39,701 bases of DNA from Nitrospinaceae bacterium (GTDB taxonomy: Bacteria; Nitrospinota; Nitrospinia; Nitrospinales; VA-1). The DNA is taken from the NCBI GenBank assembly GCA_029261435.1, contig JAJDBI010000027.1, forward strand, positions 1-39,701, read 5' to 3'. The notes under the pieces are model-generated. The model searched no databases. It saw nothing but the letters and a program-made list of their open reading frames with translations, and was not told the DNA's origin. This document shows, piece by piece, positions 1 to 6,459 of this stretch (positions are counted from its first letter, which is position 1; each line of letters begins with the position of its first letter). Made by a program: the position numbers and the translations under genes.

Positions 1-601
1 TCGCCATGAGAATGACCCGGCCTACCATCGTCTCCACCTGCTGCGTCAAGTGGTTGAGCACATAAAGTCCCTGGGCTTCGTCTTCATCACTTCCAGGCTG
101 AACTTTTTCATCAAGCCGAGCGCGCGTGATGAGGTCGATCACCATATGATGTTCAAATATTTCGATATTATCCTGAGCGTGAACCGCTTCAATGAGAGTG
201 CGCTCAATCTCCCATCCGGTCAGGTCGTGCGCATGCAGAATGCGGCGTTTGGAATGACCCCCTTCTTTTCCCAGGTCAAATCCAGCACCGCGAATGCGGT
301 CGAACTGGGCACCGAGTCCGATCAACTCCCGAATCCGTGCCGGACCTTCACGGCAGGCAATACGAACAAAATCTTCATGGCAGAGCCCGCGTCCGGTTTC
401 CATCGTGTCCTGTACATGCAGTTCAAACGAGTCGTCCTCCGCCATCACCGAGGCGATACCACCCTGAGCATATTTGGTCGCCGACTCCTCCAGCGCGTCC
501 TTGGTGATGATGCCAACAGAACCGAACTTGCAGACCTTAAGCGCAAAGGTCAGCCCCGCCACACCAGACCCGATTACAATGAAATCCTTATCAATAGCCA
601 T
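1..601 (-). CDS. nadB: L-aspartate oxidase, 5' portion (about 200 codons); the ORF runs off the left edge
   Basis: Reverse complement from ATG (601..599) reads MAIDKDFIVIGSGVAGLTFALKVCKFGSVGIITKDALEESATKYAQGGIASVMAEDDSFE ... DRIRGAGFDLGKEGGHSKRRILHAHDLTGWEIERTLIEAV. It has the FAD GxGxxG loop and the YAQGGIA and EGGHSxRRILHA motifs typical of NadB. It is absent from the ORF track only because it is open at the window edge. The listed + ORF 50..613 is its antisense shadow. Confidence 0.85.
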   Translation of the reverse strand, partial: MAIDKDFIVIGSGVAGLTFALKVCKFGSVGIITKDALEESATKYAQGGIASVMAEDDSFELHVQDTMETGRGLCHEDFVRIACREGPARIRELIGLGAQFDRIRGAGFDLGKEGGHSKRRILHAHDLTGWEIERTLIEAVHAQDNIEIFEHHMVIDLITRARLDEKVQPGSDEDEAQGLYVLNHLTQQVETMVGRVILMA

Positions 602-753
602 ACCACATTTTAACCAATTAGGCCTTTAATATCAATTAGATAATAATATCTCCCATAGGCCAGCTGAACAGAAAATTTCACCATAGGGATGTTCGTGTTA
701 AGCTATGGCGAGATAAATATGCTTCCCCCCATATTTAGGGAACAAAACCAACC

Positions 754-2160
754 ATGGCCGAACCATTAACTAAAAATGAAGTACTTGCCAAACTCGAAAC
801 TGGAGAATCGTTTAGAGGTATAGAAATTGGCGACGTTGATTTCAACGGTCACAGCTTTGAGAAGACACCAGATTTTTCAGGAGCAATTTTTAAGGGAGAC
901 GCTGATTTTGCTAATGCAACATTTTCAGATGGAGCGATGTTCATATCGACACAATTTCTTGGAAGAACAAGTTTTTGGGAGGCCATTTTTGATGGTAAGA
1001 AAGGTGCTGACTTTCGATCTGCTAAATTTTTATGCGAACAAGAAGTTAGCTTCGGTTGGTCACAGTTCTTGGGTGGAGCAAATCTTGACGGGGCAAACTT
1101 CGGAAGCGCTCAATTCGCCGCAGGGGTATCTTTTGGAGGAGCTGAGTTTCACGGTGATGGAAGAGCAAACTTTACTAATGTAAATTTCTATGACAAAGGT
1201 AGGGTTAATTTTAACGGTGTTGTATTCGGAGGAAATGTATGGACAAGCTTCTTTAAAACAAAATTCTCAAGTTCGCAGGGAACAAGCTTTAATAATACAA
1301 AATTTTTAAGCTCCGAAAGTACAAGTTTCAGCAAAGCACAATTTTTAGGACCTGGAATAACCAGCTTTAAAAACACAAGTTTTGAAAAAAACAATCCTGT
1401 GTCATTTAATAACCTAATAATAGATCCTCCCGGTAGTCTGGAGTTTATTGACGTCTCCTATTTAGGTGATGCACGTTTTTTATACACAGATCTAAAAAAA
1501 ATCAACTTCAAAAATGTTCGTTTTCGCCGAACTGAAAACTGGTTATTCAACCGAGATTATCTTGCGGATGAAGATAGGGGAAAGCACCTAAACACATATA
1601 TTCACAAAAACAAATATAACTATTACAGTCAGGTTGAGATTCTGTATCGCAAGCTCAGGGAAAATTTCGAGGGCCAACTTGATTTTCATCGCGCAGGTGA
1701 CTTCCATTACGGTGAGCTGGAAATGCGGCGCAAAACCAAAATGCTGGAGTGGCAAGAAAAAACCGTTTCAAAATACCTGCCCTTCTTAAAATATTTCAAC
1801 CTCACGCAATTCTACAAAATCGTTTCTGGTTACGGCGAAAAATGGGTGCAGGCGCTGGCAAGCTTTGTGGCTGTCTGGATAGTGTTTACGGGTCTTAACC
1901 TGTTCTGGGTTGAGCCGAAAGCTGCAGTGACAGAGGAACAACCCGCCCGGATGGAACAATGGGGGAATGACTCATTTCACAGGCTGGGTGGCTCTGTATT
2001 GTTCAGTTTCAAGGTTTTAACCCTGCAACGCTGGGGCGATGAATTTCAACTCACTGGCACTTCCTACATCCCCCGCATCTTCGTTGCCGTGCAACATTTG
2101 ATTGGTCCCACCATCATCGCCCTGATGCTGCTTGCAATTCGACGACAGTTTAGGCGATAA
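754..2160 (+). CDS. pentapeptide-repeat-like protein with a C-terminal two-helix membrane module
   Basis: ATG start. Residues ~28-228 are F-centred xxFxx units (VDFNG HSFEK, ADFAN ATFSD, and so on). The C-terminus has two hydrophobic helices, WVQALASFVAVWIVFTGLNLFWV and IFVAVQHLIGPTIIALMLLAI. The repeat part is visibly more AT-rich than its neighbours. Confidence 0.8.
   Translation: MAEPLTKNEVLAKLETGESFRGIEIGDVDFNGHSFEKTPDFSGAIFKGDADFANATFSDGAMFISTQFLGRTSFWEAIFDGKKGADFRSAKFLCEQEVSFGWSQFLGGANLDGANFGSAQFAAGVSFGGAEFHGDGRANFTNVNFYDKGRVNFNGVVFGGNVWTSFFKTKFSSSQGTSFNNTKFLSSESTSFSKAQFLGPGITSFKNTSFEKNNPVSFNNLIIDPPGSLEFIDVSYLGDARFLYTDLKKINFKNVRFRRTENWLFNRDYLADEDRGKHLNTYIHKNKYNYYSQVEILYRKLRENFEGQLDFHRAGDFHYGELEMRRKTKMLEWQEKTVSKYLPFLKYFNLTQFYKIVSGYGEKWVQALASFVAVWIVFTGLNLFWVEPKAAVTEEQPARMEQWGNDSFHRLGGSVLFSFKVLTLQRWGDEFQLTGTSYIPRIFVAVQHLIGPTIIALMLLAIRRQFRR
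1126..1437 (+). repeat. eight tandem degenerate 39-nt (13-codon) repeats inside the pentapeptide-like CDS
   Basis: Units are VSFGGAEFHGDGR / ANFTNVNFYDKGR / VNFNGVVFGGNVW / TSFFKTKFSSSQG / TSFNNTKFLSSES / TSFSKAQFLGPGI / TSFKNTSFEKNNP / VSFNNLIIDPPGS. The four units at 1243..1398 are also clearly similar at DNA level (acaagctt...). Confidence 0.8.
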
Positions 2161-2172
2161 ACACTATTGACA

Positions 2173-2197
2173 GTCATCCTGAGCCTGTCGAAGGATG
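2173..2197. repeat. left arm of a 25-bp imperfect inverted repeat flanking the GIY-YIG gene; itself a hairpin
   Basis: GTCATCCTGAGCCTGTCGAAGGATG. The internal stem is CATCCT/AGGATG with an 11-nt loop. It matches the reverse complement of 2525..2549 at 22 of 25 positions. Confidence 0.75.
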
Positions 2198-2230
2198 GGC
2201 CTAAATATAAAATTTCACTAACACTGGGTT

Positions 2231-2518
2231 ATGAGTTCATACTTTATATACATACTCAAGTGCCGGGATAACAGTTATTACACAGGCATAACCAACAATA
2301 TAGAGAAACGACTTTATGAACATCAACAAGGTTTAGTGAAAGGAAGCTATACGCATTCTCGCAGACCGTTTAAGCTGGTTTTTTCTGAAAGCTTCAGTAA
2401 GGCTCTTGATGCAATTGAACGAGAAAAACAAATCAAAGGTTGGTCTCGTAAGAAAAAGGAAGCATTAGTATCAGGAGATTTTCCGGGCCTGCAAAAGTTT
2501 TCAAGAAACAGACAATGA
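2231..2518 (+). CDS. small stand-alone GIY-YIG nuclease superfamily protein (UPF0213-like)
   Basis: MSSYFIYILKCRDNSYYTGITNNIEKRLYEHQQG carries the GIY-(spacer)-YIG-type motif pair (FIY...YTG), followed by a conserved R and the E(REKQIKGWSRKKK) tail typical of the family. ATG start. Confidence 0.85.
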   Translation: MSSYFIYILKCRDNSYYTGITNNIEKRLYEHQQGLVKGSYTHSRRPFKLVFSESFSKALDAIEREKQIKGWSRKKKEALVSGDFPGLQKFSRNRQ

Positions 2519-2524
2519 GATATT

Positions 2525-2549
2525 CACCCTTCGACAAGCTCAGGGTGAC
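2525..2549. repeat. right arm of the 25-bp inverted repeat flanking the GIY-YIG gene; itself a hairpin
   Basis: CACCCTTCGACAAGCTCAGGGTGAC. Its reverse complement is GTCACCCTGAGCTTGTCGAAGGGTG. The internal stem is CACCCT/AGGGTG. It sits between the convergent GIY-YIG and binding-protein genes. Confidence 0.75.
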
Positions 2550-2579
2550 GGTTTTGGCAGAAATGTGAACGATAACGAG

Positions 2580-3509
2580 CTATGGGAGTTTTAGCCCCGG
2601 CTCTAATGTGATGAGTCCTTCGACATACTGCTTGCCAAATTCCGGGAAGAGGTCCGGGTGGATGCAATGGGCGAGTATTTCCAGGGAGTCGAGAATGCGT
2701 GGGCCGGGGCGGTTGAAATAGGAGTTCCCATCTACCAGATAAACTCGGGTTCCTGATCGTGATTGCCAGTCTGGAATCTGCTTTTTCAGCAATTCCATTT
2801 CCTTCAATGTCTGGTCGAGTTTATAACCACAGGGTTTCACGATCACAACATCCGGGTTGATTTTGGCTAAGGTTTCTTGATCCACAACGGGTGCAGGTTT
2901 GCCGCTCTCGGCAATGCAAACCTGTCCCCCGGCAATGTCGATCATCTCCGGTAACCACATGCCTCCGACATAAATGGGGTCGATCCATTCTATGGTCAAA
3001 ACCTTCGGTTTCTTTTTTCCATAACCCACAAGGCGGCCACGCACATCCTGAACTCGCTGATCGACTTCTTCTAAAAACTCCTGTCCTTTTTGTTTCACTC
3101 CCAGCGTCTCGGCGGTGTTTAAAACATCGCACCAGATATCCTCCAGCATTTTGGGTCTGAGAGAAATAATTTTTGCGCCCACGAGTTCGCGGCAGGCTTC
3201 TTCAACCTGCGAAAATGAAACGGCACAGACATCGCATAAATCCTGAGTCACGATGAAATCAGGTTTCAAAGATTTCAATAACTCTACATCGAGGTCATAA
3301 ACTGAAACGGCGTTTTTCATCACCTCAAGAACTGATTTGTGAATGGCCAAGCTATCGAGCGATGGATTAACACGGGTGGAGGTGAGACGAGGAAGAGACC
3401 GCACGGTCTCGGGAAAATCACATTCATGCGACACGCCCACCAGGTTTTTCTCCAGCCCAAGTTTCGCCAGAATTTCAGTTGCAGAAGGGAGCAGGCTGAC
3501 GAGTCTCAT
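2580..3509 (-). CDS. periplasmic-binding-protein fold (BtuF / Fe-siderophore / cobalamin class) protein with no signal peptide
   Basis: MRLVSLLPSATEILAKLGLEKNLVGVSHECDFP is the characteristic N-terminal strand-helix (PSxTE) of class III substrate-binding proteins. ATG start. There is no hydrophobic leader. Confidence 0.75.
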   Translation of the reverse strand: MRLVSLLPSATEILAKLGLEKNLVGVSHECDFPETVRSLPRLTSTRVNPSLDSLAIHKSVLEVMKNAVSVYDLDVELLKSLKPDFIVTQDLCDVCAVSFSQVEEACRELVGAKIISLRPKMLEDIWCDVLNTAETLGVKQKGQEFLEEVDQRVQDVRGRLVGYGKKKPKVLTIEWIDPIYVGGMWLPEMIDIAGGQVCIAESGKPAPVVDQETLAKINPDVVIVKPCGYKLDQTLKEMELLKKQIPDWQSRSGTRVYLVDGNSYFNRPGPRILDSLEILAHCIHPDLFPEFGKQYVEGLITLEPGLKLP

Positions 3510-3665
3510 TGTTTAGCTCTCATGGGTTTGAAAAAAAATGTCACACCTCTATTGATAGTACCTGTTTTCAACCCAACAGGCGCATAAAAAAATTTTATTG
3601 AGTGGCTACCCGGTGCCAACCTGATACCCCTACAGAAAAAATGGGTTCAATGACAGCATTCAGCT

Positions 3666-6383
3666 TCAGTCGTCGATACGGGTCATTTTCGGGTTTATAG
3701 TTTCTATTAATTTCTGGTGTTTTTCCAGATCTACCAATGCACTTGGTGAGAAATAACGGAGGGCATGTTTTCTGATATCTGTTGCTAACTTTTTTGCCTT
3801 TTCTTTTTCTGGAGGTACCGGAACCTCTTTCTTCAGGAGAAGAGTCAATATTTCCTGATCGGACTTTGTGGCATTTGCTAAATATTTTTTGGATTCGGGA
3901 GACTCTGGATTCAAAAAGTAATTACGCAAGTCTAATCTCCTGCAAAGGGAGAAGCTTTTGGCACAATAAGCCGGGGGAAGCTGGATATCTTTTTTTTGTT
4001 CAACAAAAGCCTCCCACTGTTTCAATAGAGATACCTCGTTGACGATGAAAGGGTCCTTGTTTCCAACCTGGGCGACTGGAGCGTTGGCCCGAGTGAAAAA
4101 ATCTTTACCAGCCCAGTAGTCCAGTTTTGGGTTTTCCAATGTGTGCCACCCACCGCCTTCTGTGAACAATTCAATCGCCCTCCCTGAAATCGTTTCCAAT
4201 GCCAGAAAAGATTCTATATCAGTTGCGCCAAAATCCATGAGTGCCTGATTTTTGCCTTCCCGCGATAGACGCTGCGCCATGACTTTTAAACGCTCATTGG
4301 AAATGGGGGTCTTCGATCCCAAAATTCCGAAATCGGTTTCCTGAGTTTGAAACACATAGTAATGGGGAAACACGGTTTGAAAAGTGCTCATGATCAGCCT
4401 AACCGTATTGAGCGAAAGTGAGTAACCATGGAACCATTGAAAAAAAACCCCATTCATGGATAAACGATCACTGATCAACTGAAAGAATTCCTGAGTAAAT
4501 AAATTTGCGACCCCGAACATCCATGGATTACTGGGTTCACTGATGATGGTGTCATATTTTTTTGTTCCGTTTCTCAAGTGCCTGAAGGCATCTGTGATAA
4601 CTACTCTCGTTTTCGGATTTGATAAGGCATGGTAGTTAAAGGTTTCAAAAAGTTTTCCGGCCTCAATGACTACCGGGTTGATTTCTATCAGATCAATCTG
4701 GCGGACCTCCTTATATTGTCCAGCTACTCCAGCGGTAATCCCAGAGCCAAACCCGATAACACAAACATTTTCCGGATTCTCTGTGAGAAGTATTGGGATA
4801 TGACTGAGCAGTTGCATGGTAGCCAGATCGCCTGATGTATTGGCCTCGGCCTTTCCATTTATTAAAATAGAAAGATCCTGGGAGCCTGGAGTGCTAATCA
4901 CTGCTACTGTGGCGGCCGGACCATCCCTGTAAAACCATGACTCGTTTTTATTGATTGTGGTTTTGAATGCTTCAAATGTTGGAGGAGGTGCACCCCTGTC
5001 TCGAAAGGTGCCTATAGAGAACAAGTGGTTTTCCCAGGGAGATTGTCGGGATAGTATTGTTAGAAAAATAAAAAAAACTACCAGTAATCTGAGGCGAGAG
5101 GTGTTTCCTACTCGGTTCCAGGAAAACCCAAGTGATAATAGTCCTGAAAAGGCGACCATGTAGATGAGTAAAAGGAATACCTCATTCAGGTTACACCAAA
5201 GTAACAGATAATACCCTGCCAGCAAGGCTCCAGAGACGCAACCCAGTGTATTCAAGGCATAGAGCGTTCCCGTATTTGATCCCAGAGAATCTACAGAACG
5301 TTTTGCGAAGTTGAAACAAAGGGGTAAAGCGGCCCCACATAATAAAATGGGAATCAGCAGGGCTCCCGCAAATGCCAGGGAGATTGTGGCAAAGTAAGGT
5401 GAAAAGGCGTAAGGAGAATTCGAGAATACAGCTCGTATGGTCTGAGAATAATAAGGCCAGGTTTCTATACTATTGTAAAGAATCAGTAAAGATATACCTG
5501 TCAACCCAAGTAAATATCCAATAGCTTGAATGGATATTTTTTTGAAGGTACCAACCACCCAACCACCTAAAGCAATACAAAAAACAAATATTCCAACAAT
5601 GATGGAAAAAGTATAAGTGGAAGAACCGATGGACAGCCCCACCATTCGAATCAAAAGGGCTTCAAGCCCCAGGGTAACAAAGCCTGAAATAAAAACAATC
5701 ACCCAAAGCCATTTAATCGGAAACGCTTTTGGCTTTTCCTCTGGCAACGAAAGGTTTGTCAACTCCTTCTTTTCTAATTGTAGCGTCTCGTCCAAAAGAT
5801 AAAAAATGATACCGACGGACACGTTGATCGAGCCCATATAAAACAAGCTGACAGCAAGCCCAAATGTTGGCAGAAAGTAAAATCCTGCCAGAAAAGATCC
5901 CAACGCAGCTCCAAGAGTATTAAAAGAGTAAACCTGAGAATGGGTTCGAGTCGAAGATTTTAAATCCCTGCTTAAGGTCTGAGTCAACACTGGAATGGTA
6001 CCGCCCATTAGAATTGTAGGTGGACCAAGGAAAATCAGAGACACTCCAAGTTCCGCCAAAAACCCATCAATTTCAAAGTCGGAAACAGCGCGGAAAATGA
6101 CCGGAGAAAAAATAGCCCAAACACCAATCAATAGCTCTGTGATTCCATAAAGTTTAAAAAGACTGCGGGGGAATTTCTGGGTCAAATGGCCATAGATAAA
6201 ATAACCAATAGACATTCCTCCCAGAAAAACTGCCAGAATCATGGCTGTGGCCTGGGATTGGGAACCTAAAAGATAATTGAGATAACGATGCCAGGTGTTT
6301 TGAAAAATCAGGGCGGTAAAACCCGTAAAAAAAGTCAGGATGATCGAGATTAATTTTAAATGCGGGAACCCAAAACGTGACAT
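3666..6383 (-). CDS. polytopic membrane protein fused to a spermidine-synthase-like (class I SAM/dcSAM-dependent transferase) domain
   Basis: About 440 N-terminal residues form many hydrophobic helices. This is followed by VCVIGFGSGITAG...IDLIEINP...VVITDAF...YDTIISEPSNPW...LFTQEFF, which is colinear with the SpeE core. The track ORF starts at GTG 6386. The ATG at 6383 sits 7 nt after a GGAGG and is preferred. Confidence 0.8.
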   Translation of the reverse strand: MSRFGFPHLKLISIILTFFTGFTALIFQNTWHRYLNYLLGSQSQATAMILAVFLGGMSIGYFIYGHLTQKFPRSLFKLYGITELLIGVWAIFSPVIFRAVSDFEIDGFLAELGVSLIFLGPPTILMGGTIPVLTQTLSRDLKSSTRTHSQVYSFNTLGAALGSFLAGFYFLPTFGLAVSLFYMGSINVSVGIIFYLLDETLQLEKKELTNLSLPEEKPKAFPIKWLWVIVFISGFVTLGLEALLIRMVGLSIGSSTYTFSIIVGIFVFCIALGGWVVGTFKKISIQAIGYLLGLTGISLLILYNSIETWPYYSQTIRAVFSNSPYAFSPYFATISLAFAGALLIPILLCGAALPLCFNFAKRSVDSLGSNTGTLYALNTLGCVSGALLAGYYLLLWCNLNEVFLLLIYMVAFSGLLSLGFSWNRVGNTSRLRLLVVFFIFLTILSRQSPWENHLFSIGTFRDRGAPPPTFEAFKTTINKNESWFYRDGPAATVAVISTPGSQDLSILINGKAEANTSGDLATMQLLSHIPILLTENPENVCVIGFGSGITAGVAGQYKEVRQIDLIEINPVVIEAGKLFETFNYHALSNPKTRVVITDAFRHLRNGTKKYDTIISEPSNPWMFGVANLFTQEFFQLISDRLSMNGVFFQWFHGYSLSLNTVRLIMSTFQTVFPHYYVFQTQETDFGILGSKTPISNERLKVMAQRLSREGKNQALMDFGATDIESFLALETISGRAIELFTEGGGWHTLENPKLDYWAGKDFFTRANAPVAQVGNKDPFIVNEVSLLKQWEAFVEQKKDIQLPPAYCAKSFSLCRRLDLRNYFLNPESPESKKYLANATKSDQEILTLLLKKEVPVPPEKEKAKKLATDIRKHALRYFSPSALVDLEKHQKLIETINPKMTRIDD

Positions 6384-6459
6384 CACAAGCCCTCCAGAAT
6401 TTTCTTCAACTCAGGTTTTTCCGAAATTTCTATTGCCGGAGTGAGTATGCTGTCCCATT

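Noticed and set aside
50-613. 187-aa + strand ORF from the track
   Set aside because: It is the antisense shadow of nadB. The minus-strand frame carries unmistakable NadB motifs (GSGVAGL, YAQGGIA, EGGHSKRRILHA), while this frame has no recognisable features.
3604-3618. TGGCACCGGGTAGCC on the minus strand (a perfect sigma54 -24 element)
   Set aside because: The GC of the would-be -12 element is one nucleotide too close (GG-N9-GC). The sigma54 spacing is normally invariant, so I did not call it a promoter.
3510-3665. Possible cobalamin riboswitch upstream of the BtuF-like gene
   Set aside because: The region is only 156 nt. I could not find the GGGAA/GGTG core or a B12-box-like AGYCMGGAGACCKGCC element, only a GCCACT hexamer. 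A covariance-model scan would settle it.
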